Source: a virus (taxonomy: Duplodnaviria; Caudoviricetes). Taken from it: 64,000 nucleotides of DNA. Location: IMG/VR virus record IMGVR_UViG_3300015370_001134, positions 6,521 to 70,520 of that record. One strand, given 5' to 3'. A program made the translations under genes and the position numbers. Positions 47,300-56,964 of the stretch are shown piece by piece (the first letter of the stretch is position 1; every line of letters starts with the position of its first letter). Under the pieces are notes generated by a model. It was not told the origin of the DNA and did not search any database. It saw only the letters and a program-made list of their open reading frames with translations.

Positions 47300-48529
47300 A
47301 TGGGAAAAAGACGGCTGTGTCGAAAAATTCATTTTACCAAAAAAAACATTGAAAAACTGGGACCTCAAAAACCAGATGCACCCTCAAAAGAAATTGAATG
47401 GTCAGATGACCTTGCAATTGGGCTTAAATGCCTCTGCAACAAGGCCGATCCGCCCAGAAAGACTTTTATGTTCCGAGGTGTATTCCGTAAACGGAAAATT
47501 GCCATTGCCTTGGGAACTTTTCCAAGCTTATCCGTAGAAGAAGCACGTGAGATGGTCTATGAGAATCGAAAGATGATCTCGAAAGGTATCGATCCACTGG
47601 CAAATATCGAAAAGCAAAAAGCTGAACTGACCTTTGCAGAGTTCTCAGAGCTATATCTCGCTCATGCAAAAGTTGTAAACAAATCATACTACAGCATCAA
47701 AACACGGCTGGAAAATCATATTATCCCGGTATTCGGGAAATATATGCTCAGCTCAATTACAAAAAGAGATCTCCAAAAATTTCTGGACAATATTTTAGCC
47801 AGAAAAGTTAAAGGAGGAACTAAAAAAATTAAAGGAGGCACTGTTAATCGTTTCCGATCTTTGCTGTTGAGAATGTTTAATCTGGCAGTTGAGTGGGAGT
47901 ACCTTTCTGAATCACCAGTTGCTGGCAAATCATTAGCTCGGCAAAAAGAAAGCCCTGGCCGGGATGTTTTTTTATCATTGGATGAATCCAGAAGGTTTCT
48001 TGCTGCATTAGATTCTTTGCCGAACAGGGTAAGTGCTTGTGCTCTTAAAATAATGATTCTGACCGGAAAGCGCCATGGGGAAATCCTTTCACTAAAATGG
48101 TCTGATATCTCGATTGAGGAAGGTATAATTTATATCCGACGGGAAATGACAAAATCACAGACCTCAGACAAAGTTTTCTTATCCCAAATGGCAAAGGATG
48201 TATTCACAGAACTTGAAGAGCACAGAATTGTCGGTAACCCACATGTGTTTCCAGGCAGAAAACATGGTAAACATATGGTAACCTGCCGGAGAGCATTCCT
48301 TAATGCCTTAGAAATTGCAGGCATCACCAAGAAAAAGGTTACGATCCACACCCTTCGTCATACCTTTGCCAGCCAGCTCTTGGCTAATGGGGCCAGCCTT
48401 TTTGAGGTGAGCAAGATGCTGAACCACTCTGACATGAAAATCACACAACGGTATTCACATTTATCTGACAAGGTCTTTCTTGAAAGAACCGAAAAATTTA
48501 GCGAAAGGCTTGCTCAGCCAGCAGGTTAA
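47300..48529 (+). CDS. Tyrosine recombinase/integrase with arm-binding domain (P4-type)
   Basis: ALGTFPSLSVEEAR arm domain; TGKRHGEI (R), HTLRHTFAS (HxxR), LNHSD (H), TQRYSH (Y). Confidence 0.92.
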   Translation: MGKRRLCRKIHFTKKNIEKLGPQKPDAPSKEIEWSDDLAIGLKCLCNKADPPRKTFMFRGVFRKRKIAIALGTFPSLSVEEAREMVYENRKMISKGIDPLANIEKQKAELTFAEFSELYLAHAKVVNKSYYSIKTRLENHIIPVFGKYMLSSITKRDLQKFLDNILARKVKGGTKKIKGGTVNRFRSLLLRMFNLAVEWEYLSESPVAGKSLARQKESPGRDVFLSLDESRRFLAALDSLPNRVSACALKIMILTGKRHGEILSLKWSDISIEEGIIYIRREMTKSQTSDKVFLSQMAKDVFTELEEHRIVGNPHVFPGRKHGKHMVTCRRAFLNALEIAGITKKKVTIHTLRHTFASQLLANGASLFEVSKMLNHSDMKITQRYSHLSDKVFLERTEKFSERLAQPAG

Positions 48530-48535
48530 TAGAAA

Positions 48536-48563
48536 GCACCCAACCCTTTTCGGGGTTGGGTGC
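48536..48563. terminator. GC-rich hairpin terminator downstream of the integrase (probably bidirectional)
   Basis: GCACCCAACCC-TTTTCG-GGGTTGGGTGC. Confidence 0.75.
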
Positions 48564-48586
48564 CTGTTTTGAGTTTTTCAGATTTC

Positions 48587-48637
48587 CTAAAGACGGATAT
48601 CTTCATCCCAGTTGGTATCGATGATATCTTTTTTCAT
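48587..48637 (-). CDS. Candidate 16-aa peptide MKKDIIDTNWDEDIRL
   Basis: GAGGAG RBS 5 nt before ATG; downstream of a sigma54 motif and upstream of a terminator. Confidence 0.4.
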   Translation of the reverse strand: MKKDIIDTNWDEDIRL

Positions 48638-48713
48638 GTCAACTCCTCTCTGTTTATGTTAATCATTCAAACTCTATACTGTTAAGAGCCCTTTTGCTTT
48701 CGATATTTTAAAA

Positions 48714-48729
48714 AGCAATATTCGTACCA
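48714..48729 (-). promoter_or_regulatory. sigma54 (-24/-12) promoter
   Basis: TGGTACGAATATTGCT, near-perfect match to TGGCACG-N4-TTGCW. Confidence 0.65.
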
Positions 48730-48837
48730 GATGAATTGAATGAAAAATTCAGCAAACCAGTCAGTTGATGAAAAAGGTTGTTCTGCCCAATTAACTTAGA
48801 ATTGATCTGCTCAACCTATTAATTGATTATACATTAG

Positions 48838-48869
48838 GACCCAACCTTTAAACACTAATAGGTTGGGTC
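48838..48869 (-). terminator. Hairpin downstream of the CSD-DUF3825 gene
   Basis: GACCCAACCT...AGGTTGGGTC stem. Confidence 0.55.
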
Positions 48870-48911
48870 TCTTTTTATCACTATTTAAATATATTCCATA
48901 TTTTCCGAATT

Positions 48912-50843
48912 TTACTCGACAGGATTGATAATTTTTGGACTTAACCAATCGCTGTCTGGCCTTGCAATTAACCTTGCATTATTATATGCCCAGTCTAGTT
49001 CTAAAATAGTAAACCCAGAATATGCTTTAGCACCTTTTTTAAGTTCCACAGCAAGTGCAACATCTACTACTTGAGGGTCATCAAGGCTTAATGGAAGTAA
49101 AAGTTGAATCCCCTTAGATTTTGGAAAGTATTGTGGTATGGCTGCCTTGTAGTTCCACTGAACCCTTTTGATAGCCAAATCAATTGCGTTTTTTATTTTT
49201 TCACGAAGCTTACGTTCTATTTCTGTTTCATCTGTCAAATCTTTAGAATATCGGTCTCTGATTCTTTCAGGCACACGATGTCCCCTTTCTCCAACTATAT
49301 GATTCATATCTGGATCAAGTCTTATTTTAAAATTGAACAAAAGATCAGATTGGTCATTAAAATACTCAGCCCTTTCTGGTAATTTTTCCAAATATGCTAA
49401 ATAGCTTTTCCCATTGATTCTACTACCTCTGGTGCAAAATCCGACAAAATACCAACGAGGCTTCCCAATTTCTAAAGAAGGCATTTCCTCAAAAACTGCA
49501 TAAAGAGCTTCATAATATTTATTCACCAAGCCAGTATTAAATACAGCTATATTCGATTTATCTTCTAACTCAACGACTTGGATCTTTTTCTCTCCTGAGT
49601 TTGAATTTACATCCTCTTCTTCAAGACGTCGAAAAGTATAAAAGAGATAATTCCGTAAAATTCTATAAGGATCATTTATTGAAGAGTTTGAATAGCTCCA
49701 GTCTTCATCCAAAGCTTCCTCAGCTAAATCTTGTAACATTTTTTCATCATCATCATTGTATGCAAATTTCCGAAAAGGAAGATCTTTTCGGGCAAGGATA
49801 GCTTTCTTTTCACTCTCTCCAAATAAAAAAGAAACTGTGTCACCCACTTCAAGAGATATGAAAGCACCTTCCCGTTGTACTACAACTTCTTTCCCGTGAA
49901 TTGAGATTGGATCTTTTGAGTTTGTTGGTAAAATTTTGCCCTGAAATTCACTTTGTCCCCACTCAATAACTTCACCAAAGCATTTTTCAACCATATTTAC
50001 ACTTAACGCAATATAATCTCCACGATCACCGACTCGACTTAAAAAAGAAACATATTGGCCTACCCTTGGGTTAGATTTCGGATAATTTGCTAAACTGTTA
50101 AAATGAAAAAGGATGCTCTTCTCAAATCCACCTCCCTGTCGTATATAACCCAAGCCTTTATCAATAACGACGCTGACAATAACGCCGAAATTCAATTTCC
50201 CACAACTTTGTACAAAAAACACATTGTTTTTATAAGCATCAAATAAAAAAGTTACTTTCTCACCTATCTTAAAAGATATCTTTTCCGCATTTTGATTAGC
50301 AATAACATCTTCTTCGCAAAGAGAAACTGGATTCTTTGAATTTGTTGGTAAAATTTTGCCCTTATTTTCATTCCACTCAATAATTTCACCAAAGCATTCC
50401 TCAGCCGCATTTACATTTAACGCAATAGAATCTCCACGATCACCAATCTGACTCGAAAAAGAAACAATTTGACCTTTTTGTGGTATAGAATTTGGATAAT
50501 TTACAAAGCTATCAAGATGAAAATGAATTTTTTTCTTTATTTTGCCGATTCCATTAATAAAACCATAGCTTTCGACATCATTTATGTACACAATATCCCC
50601 ATAATCCCATTTCCGATTAATCTTTTTTGCGTCGAAACCATGTTTCTCAGATGTAACAGCAAAGAAACAAACTTTCTCTTTCAAGTTTATTGGGGCTTTG
50701 TTTATATCTAAGACATCTGAAATATGGAAAAATACTTGCTCTCCATTTTCATCTTTTATCCAACCGTATCCCCTCTCTTCAACAAACTGGTCAATATATC
50801 CAAGCTTGTAATCAGGGGTACAAAATTCTTGATGTAAATTCAT
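48912..50843 (-). CDS. Multi cold-shock/OB-domain protein with C-terminal DUF3825
   Basis: About five CSD-like units (RGYGWI...VFFHIS; YGFI...HFHL; KGLGYI...LFHF); DUF3825-like motifs LRNYLFYTFRRL, FNTGL, IQLLLPL, WAYNNARLIARPDSDWL. Confidence 0.75.
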   Translation of the reverse strand: MNLHQEFCTPDYKLGYIDQFVEERGYGWIKDENGEQVFFHISDVLDINKAPINLKEKVCFFAVTSEKHGFDAKKINRKWDYGDIVYINDVESYGFINGIGKIKKKIHFHLDSFVNYPNSIPQKGQIVSFSSQIGDRGDSIALNVNAAEECFGEIIEWNENKGKILPTNSKNPVSLCEEDVIANQNAEKISFKIGEKVTFLFDAYKNNVFFVQSCGKLNFGVIVSVVIDKGLGYIRQGGGFEKSILFHFNSLANYPKSNPRVGQYVSFLSRVGDRGDYIALSVNMVEKCFGEVIEWGQSEFQGKILPTNSKDPISIHGKEVVVQREGAFISLEVGDTVSFLFGESEKKAILARKDLPFRKFAYNDDDEKMLQDLAEEALDEDWSYSNSSINDPYRILRNYLFYTFRRLEEEDVNSNSGEKKIQVVELEDKSNIAVFNTGLVNKYYEALYAVFEEMPSLEIGKPRWYFVGFCTRGSRINGKSYLAYLEKLPERAEYFNDQSDLLFNFKIRLDPDMNHIVGERGHRVPERIRDRYSKDLTDETEIERKLREKIKNAIDLAIKRVQWNYKAAIPQYFPKSKGIQLLLPLSLDDPQVVDVALAVELKKGAKAYSGFTILELDWAYNNARLIARPDSDWLSPKIINPVE

Positions 50844-51136
50844 AGAAACCCTCCAGTAAACCCATAATATAACCGTTGTGATAATTTACTTGATAGATCT
50901 AAATTTAAAATCTCAGCCAAATTGATATTCAGATATATGCAATCATGCGTAACAACATGTCAATAAAATTTTTTCAAGATTTTGGAGCAACGATAACAAA
51001 CAGGATCATCTTTATTTCTCGATGACACTTTCATTATGAAATGTCCGCAAAATGATAAAAAATAATTATAGGTGTTATCAAAAAACTTATGCCGGATGAC
51101 AAAAAAATATCAATAATAGAAAAGGAGCCACTCATA

Positions 51137-52186
51137 CTAAATTTTAGCAATTTTAATCCCTGCCTGAAACCATTGACGAAGATTCAAGCCATGAAGCGCT
51201 GCCTCAGTCGGATCTTTCCCAAATCTTGATGGAATTATACATCGACTTGATTTAGGAAAATACTTCTTCCAGAACTGATAGCACGGCTTTCCCCCTGCAC
51301 TGTCAGTATCCAATGCAATTAAAATATGCCTGGCATGATTGCGTAAAAAACCCATCAATATCGTATCGGGCTTATTCGTCGCAGAACCTAATGCGATGGG
51401 TGTTACATCAGGACCCAGAACTTGATTCAGCAATATGGCGTCCAGATCACTCTCAACAATAACAACATCAGTTCCCTCACTAAGAGTATTATAAAAAGGA
51501 TAATTTTTAGATCCAAATACATTTTGATATTTTGAATACTTCCCCGGATCTGGCAGACGGATACGCAAACGCAACACTTGACCACCTTGAACATATGGAA
51601 TTACAAGCCCACGGGGAAGACATATCTTTTTATTTTTACCCGTTTTTGGATTGATTTCATCTGGCAAGCCCCACTGCGATCTTTCCCGATAGTAGTATTT
51701 TGGTAACAGACCAAGATGGAACTTTTCAATTGTTTCATCGGTAAGACAACGTTGAGTATATAGCCACGTCCTGCAGCGCTGGCCGATTTTACTGAAAAGA
51801 GTTTCCTGAGCAAACTTGATCAACAACGATGCCCTTTCCTGCCACATATCAGGAGGAGGACTGATTTCCTTGGGTTCCCATTGATCTCTGCTTTTTATAA
51901 TTTCAGATCTGCATGGTCCACCATTATTAATTTTATGGTCATTCCCTGAGTATTGGCAGGCCTCAAAAAAAGTCATATTCTTAAAATCTATTAAGTATTG
52001 AAGTAAATCACCCGTTATTCCACATTGCCGACACCAATATCGGCCAGTATCCCCCTGATTTATCCAGACTCGAAACCGATCACGGCCACCGCAGACAGGA
52101 CACGGAGAACAATATTCTCCCCCATTGGTTGAAGATACCTTTTTTAAGGCAATACCATCAGATTGAAGTTGATCCTGTATATTCAT
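51137..52186 (-). CDS. DNA primase (P4 alpha-type Zn ribbon + TOPRIM)
   Basis: CPVCGGRDRF...WCRQCG; IVESDLDA; IALDTD. Confidence 0.82.
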   Translation of the reverse strand: MNIQDQLQSDGIALKKVSSTNGGEYCSPCPVCGGRDRFRVWINQGDTGRYWCRQCGITGDLLQYLIDFKNMTFFEACQYSGNDHKINNGGPCRSEIIKSRDQWEPKEISPPPDMWQERASLLIKFAQETLFSKIGQRCRTWLYTQRCLTDETIEKFHLGLLPKYYYRERSQWGLPDEINPKTGKNKKICLPRGLVIPYVQGGQVLRLRIRLPDPGKYSKYQNVFGSKNYPFYNTLSEGTDVVIVESDLDAILLNQVLGPDVTPIALGSATNKPDTILMGFLRNHARHILIALDTDSAGGKPCYQFWKKYFPKSSRCIIPSRFGKDPTEAALHGLNLRQWFQAGIKIAKI

Positions 52187-52617
52187 TTTTCAGTCCCCAT
52201 TTTAAAAATCCCCGAATTCCCTTCCAATTTAATTTTCAGGATGTATTGGTAATCAATCAATTCAATGGTGAAGGGGAAGAAGGGTATAAAAAAGCACAAC
52301 AAAAAAATATGTAGTAGAGGTAAAAGACTTTTTATTTTTTGTACTGTTTTCAATTTTACCCCCTTTATTCCCTATTCCCCTTTTTTCCATACGTAAAAGT
52401 GAATCTAACCTGTTAAATTTGAGCTAACCAAACACTTCCTACTTTTCCGTTTTATTCCCCTTGTCACCCTTCCCCCTTGAAATTTGTGAATCCCTTCTCT
52501 CATTTGGAGTTATGCGAATAACACTGGTGTTGGGGGTTGAGGGTGATATTTTGAAAAGATTTATCTGTTGAACTGAGGGTCTATCGAAGACCCCCAGTAT
52601 TTTAAGCAAACTAAAGA

Positions 52618-54372
52618 CTATGGATTGTCTTCTTTTTTGACCTGCCAGATAAGTGAGTGATTTTTAAAACCCAACTTCACAAGGTGATAACCCTCAGGGC
52701 CAAATCTGGTTCCGGCAAATTTTGACAACATTTTACCAACCTTCTGGGTAAGGTTCCCTGATCTCGGTGCAACGCCAAGAACAGACTCCGGCAGAAACTC
52801 TACCAACCTGGACTGGCAGATTTCTTTTGCCGTAACTTCCCTTGTGCCGAAATGTTCATGCCAGGCCTGGAGGAAATGCTCATATTGATTGGATTCGTCA
52901 TCAGCATCCTGGTACAAAATTTCCAGATTGCTGAGAAAATCAACTAAACCAGCATTATGCAAGACGCCTCCAACCACTCGTGTCCATTCCTCAAAGCTTC
53001 CCATGGTAGGAACATCTGCAACCGGCTGGCCAGCATCAAACCAAGCACGTACCAATGTCAATATTGCCGACAATAGAGCAGATCTATTTTTTTTAATGTG
53101 CAAAAGCAGATTCTTATATTTAAAATCTGACCTCTGCCACGGCCTGGAATTCTTTGGGTCCAGTTGAATCACATAGCACCTGCGTGAAATATCCCCGCCC
53201 AGACGGATGTTGTTACCATTCATGATCCAGGTGGTGTTGTTGGGGTATGATCTTATCTCAGTCTTTCCGAGTGTCCGATCCGCCCACTCGGAGGTTGTGA
53301 GTGCTGATGCGAATGCCGGGCTGTTAATAATCCGGTCCACGTTGTCATATACCCTGATCTGCTTGCCTGTTGTACAGGCTGAAGTTATCTGTCTTCGGAT
53401 CTCACCCTCACTGCCAGGCATGGTCAGAGTCTGCGGCATCTTCCCTGTGGCAATCAGGTGAATAAGACTTGTAAGCAAGCCCTTTCCCGTGCCTTTCTGG
53501 GTGCTCTCAATTAGCGCAAGCGGAACAATACCATCAATTGCAGGCCGTACGATGGGTGTTATCATCAAAGCAATTGCATTACACAAGCTGCAATTGTCTA
53601 CGAATGGAAAATCTGTCAGAATATCGGTTAACAAATCCACAGAATCTCTGATCTGGCCCCCTGTGGGATGTTCAGAGACATCAATGGAAGGGATTGTTTT
53701 ATCCGGCCAGTAAAAGTACTGGCTCTGACTATCATAACCTGGGTTACAGACGATTGTACCACTGATTCTTACAACCGGGGATTCGGCTATCCCTCTTATC
53801 TGAGGGATCGAATCCGGGTAATTTTTCAATGACAGAATGTCACGGATGATATTCGTCGGCGGCAGGGTATAATCAACTCCGGAGCTGGTCGTCTTTTCAA
53901 AATGAATTACCCTGTCAAGTATGCCACGCAACTGGTCATTGGTAATCTCATGGATGTAAGGTCGGCCATTATCATCACGCAGGATCTGAACCAGGTAATT
54001 GTTACGCTGATAAATATTCAGGTTGGTTTTCGACAAGTGCTCCTCCAGCACCAGATCAGTAATTACGTGCATGGGATTTTCCGAGACATTGATGATTGGA
54101 AGCTGGGGTGTCGAATCCTCTTCGTTGTAAACCGGGATATCCGGCTTTGAGACGTTTCCAAGTGGTTCTGTTTCTGGATGACCAAACTCAGCTCTCTCCT
54201 TTTCAGTCTCTGCTACCATCTGTGCCATCAGATCTGCATCAACGGCGTTTTTATTTAAATCAATATTATTCATAGATCGAATTCCTATTTTAAATTGGTT
54301 AGTAGCCCCGAGACCTGCGAAACAGATCTCGGAGGATTTTAATGCTGGTTTCAGGCCACCTTTCCGTTCCAT
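52618..54372 (-). CDS. Primase-associated helicase/replication ATPase (SF3-like)
   Basis: Walker A-like TQKGTGKG, Walker B-like VYDNV, MNGNN sensor motif. Confidence 0.65.
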   Translation of the reverse strand: MERKGGLKPALKSSEICFAGLGATNQFKIGIRSMNNIDLNKNAVDADLMAQMVAETEKERAEFGHPETEPLGNVSKPDIPVYNEEDSTPQLPIINVSENPMHVITDLVLEEHLSKTNLNIYQRNNYLVQILRDDNGRPYIHEITNDQLRGILDRVIHFEKTTSSGVDYTLPPTNIIRDILSLKNYPDSIPQIRGIAESPVVRISGTIVCNPGYDSQSQYFYWPDKTIPSIDVSEHPTGGQIRDSVDLLTDILTDFPFVDNCSLCNAIALMITPIVRPAIDGIVPLALIESTQKGTGKGLLTSLIHLIATGKMPQTLTMPGSEGEIRRQITSACTTGKQIRVYDNVDRIINSPAFASALTTSEWADRTLGKTEIRSYPNNTTWIMNGNNIRLGGDISRRCYVIQLDPKNSRPWQRSDFKYKNLLLHIKKNRSALLSAILTLVRAWFDAGQPVADVPTMGSFEEWTRVVGGVLHNAGLVDFLSNLEILYQDADDESNQYEHFLQAWHEHFGTREVTAKEICQSRLVEFLPESVLGVAPRSGNLTQKVGKMLSKFAGTRFGPEGYHLVKLGFKNHSLIWQVKKEDNP

Positions 54373-54947
54373 TCAGCCAGTTTCAGAAGAACCGGATGAT
54401 CAAGGCTGTCGATCAGATAGTCCCTGAAATAGATTTCCAGTATGGCCTCGTAACTAAAATCGAAAGGCACAGGATCAGGCAGGTCAAATTTCGGCGTTAC
54501 CGGTCCATGCTCCGGTCCAGGGAGAACCACCCATTCTTTGGTTGATCGTTCAATGAACTCATTGACGGTCTCTCCCCAGACATTTGTCTCTTCATCAACA
54601 GGATCTGGTATGAAAAACATCTGCAATTCCCCAAACTGATCCCTGAAAACTGAGATCATTATATAGGTATACCCATCGGGGACACCCTCAAGATCAGGTT
54701 GGATGAGGTAGGGGGTCCCGGTGTCCACATCGAAAACCATTTTAAAGACTTCTCCAGTATATCCGTTAAAAGATCTCAGGATTAAACTGCTCTTGAATTC
54801 CTTTGTATTACCAGGTTCAGGCCCAGGTCGTTCCGGGCGGTTTGGATCTTTAATTGATATTTCAATCATTTCATTCTCCTTGCTGTCATCATTTTTGTTG
54901 TTAAGCTCTTGCCGTTTGCCATTTTCAGGCGTTGTCGTGTTAGACAT
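54351..54947 (-). CDS. Replication-module hypothetical protein (paralog 1)
   Basis: C-terminal YLIDSLDHPVL motif; clear similarity to 63410-64000. Confidence 0.65.
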   Translation of the reverse strand: MSNTTTPENGKRQELNNKNDDSKENEMIEISIKDPNRPERPGPEPGNTKEFKSSLILRSFNGYTGEVFKMVFDVDTGTPYLIQPDLEGVPDGYTYIMISVFRDQFGELQMFFIPDPVDEETNVWGETVNEFIERSTKEWVVLPGPEHGPVTPKFDLPDPVPFDFSYEAILEIYFRDYLIDSLDHPVLLKLAEWNGKVA

Positions 54948-55362
54948 TGTTTAATCCTCCATTTTGGATTAGTGTTGTGGGAAATACTCCCGTATTAGTT
55001 TGTGTTAAGGATCGATCATTAACGCCTTTAAGATAGCCCAAAGGATGGAGGATGTAAGAGTAACAGCTTAGAAGAAGATTGAAGCCGCTGAGACTACGAT
55101 TGTAAGAGAAGATTAGAGTTGTGGATAAGAAATCGCTGAAAAATAAAAACTTTTCTGTGACTCAATTATTTACCTTTAGGTACTTCGCAAATAAGACATG
55201 ATCGATTCAACAAAATAACAACATATAGATTTTGAAATCTGATCATGCCTGTATTTTGTGTTGTGTTCCAAAGTATAGAATTGCGACACTGAATCACATA
55301 TATGAGACCCTTCCAAGGTCGTGATTGAAATATGGCGGGAAAAACTTTTTTCATTTCATTTT

Positions 55363-56691
55363 TTAATATTCTTTAAAAACGCTGAAGCTTGCCTTTTCAA
55401 ATGGGTTTTCTTTGGCCATGGAAACCCATTTCTCAATCATTCTGTTTTCACTATCAAGGCTGAAATCAATATTATTTTTTTCGGCAAGAACAGCTATTGC
55501 ACCTGAAATCATCGTAGCAATATCACCGACGCCCAGATACGGTTTCCGTCTGAAGAGCTTTTCAGCAAGCCTGATGGTCAATAGTCTTAATGGATCAGTA
55601 GGTCTTTTGCGGGCAACTGCCATTGTAAAGGCCTTCTGACTTTTCAGCCATTTATCCTGCTGTCCTTTTTGGAGGTATGATTCACCAGGTATTTCCCGAC
55701 ACAAAGAAATCTCAATTTCTCTTGCATGATCAAGAACCGTTACCGCATCTTCAAACAATGTATCTGCAATACGCCGCCGATCTGTCTTATTGTATCTTTC
55801 AAAATCGATATCCCCTTCAAGGGCGCTAAGGGCTTCCTGAGCCAGAACGATCGACAAGTAGGCAAAAAATCTCCAGCGTTGTTCATCACGCTGAGGCGCG
55901 GGGGATTTTTCTGAGATGGTTCCGACAAAATCTGTATCATTGTGGACTCTGCTTTCAAAACAATACTCAGCAAGATCAATCATAGTGAATTTAAACTGAT
56001 CCTTATCCGGTTCAAGCTGGATGATGGGATATTTCTTTTTTCTATCTACTTTCTCTTCAATTAATCTGGCGTCATGGGAATCGATATAGTATCTGACTGT
56101 ATCAGAAGGTTCTTCCATATCATCAAACTCAAATTTTTCAGTGTCAGACATCCCATGGTCAACATAAGCCACATATGCACGATTAAATTCCAGATTACTG
56201 TCGAGTTCCGTAACAACAAATCTATCTTTGACAATTACCTCCTCTTCCACCGCCTTCTTCTTTTTTCCTCTCTGGTAATCAGACAACTCAGCTGGACCGG
56301 AGAATTCTATCAGTAGATTTTTCTTTTCGCTTTCAAAACAAAGATCACAGACAGCGTATTTATACGATTTCAAACGGCTTTTTTTCTCTGGAGATACTTT
56401 TTGGGGAGTTCTCGGAATTTTCAGTGCATCTGAGTAACCTTCTATCCCTGCGGATAAAATATCCTCATATTCCTCGGCCATTGCACATTTTGTCAAATAC
56501 AACTTATCAACAAAATAGACCGGCTCCTTTTTGGGATTTTCTTCGGCATAGATCTTTTTATTACCCAGGAATATCCTTACGTCTCTTATGAAATCATCTA
56601 TTCTTTCCATCCTATTGATGATTATCCCGTTTAATTTAAACGCCTCATCATTGAAGTTTTTCATAATAAACATCCTTTCTCCCATATACAT
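55363..56691 (-). CDS. Hypothetical protein, 442 aa
   Basis: Long ORF; no recognised motif. Confidence 0.7.
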   Translation of the reverse strand: MYMGERMFIMKNFNDEAFKLNGIIINRMERIDDFIRDVRIFLGNKKIYAEENPKKEPVYFVDKLYLTKCAMAEEYEDILSAGIEGYSDALKIPRTPQKVSPEKKSRLKSYKYAVCDLCFESEKKNLLIEFSGPAELSDYQRGKKKKAVEEEVIVKDRFVVTELDSNLEFNRAYVAYVDHGMSDTEKFEFDDMEEPSDTVRYYIDSHDARLIEEKVDRKKKYPIIQLEPDKDQFKFTMIDLAEYCFESRVHNDTDFVGTISEKSPAPQRDEQRWRFFAYLSIVLAQEALSALEGDIDFERYNKTDRRRIADTLFEDAVTVLDHAREIEISLCREIPGESYLQKGQQDKWLKSQKAFTMAVARKRPTDPLRLLTIRLAEKLFRRKPYLGVGDIATMISGAIAVLAEKNNIDFSLDSENRMIEKWVSMAKENPFEKASFSVFKEY

Positions 56692-56706
56692 GATATGCCC
56701 CTTTTT

Positions 56707-56895
56707 CTAATCATTACACTTTTTCTTTCTGAATATCGCCCGCAAAAAGCTTTCTTTCTTAGACTTAAGTTGGATATAGGGTCCAAAATCCTGATAGATT
56801 TTTTCTGCATCTCTTGGAATAATATTTTTTCGCCCTCTTCCAAATATTTTAAGGATTTTATCTAATAAGTATTTTTTGGGGAGCCTTATGGTCAT
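56707..56895 (-). CDS. Small basic hypothetical protein (62 aa)
   Basis: RBS AAGGA; directly follows the E1 gene. Confidence 0.45.
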   Translation of the reverse strand: MTIRLPKKYLLDKILKIFGRGRKNIIPRDAEKIYQDFGPYIQLKSKKESFLRAIFRKKKCND

Positions 56896-56964
56896 ACTTT
56901 ATCCTTTGCTTATAAATTGCCTTCATCTATTTTCTGATAAAATGAAATGATATAAAAATTGATA

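Noticed and set aside
47183-47687. Small ORFs overlapping the integrase 5' region (47183-47368, 47205-47537, 47466-47687)
   Set aside because: No RBS or motif was found; they overlap the clear integrase frame. No excisionase could be supported.
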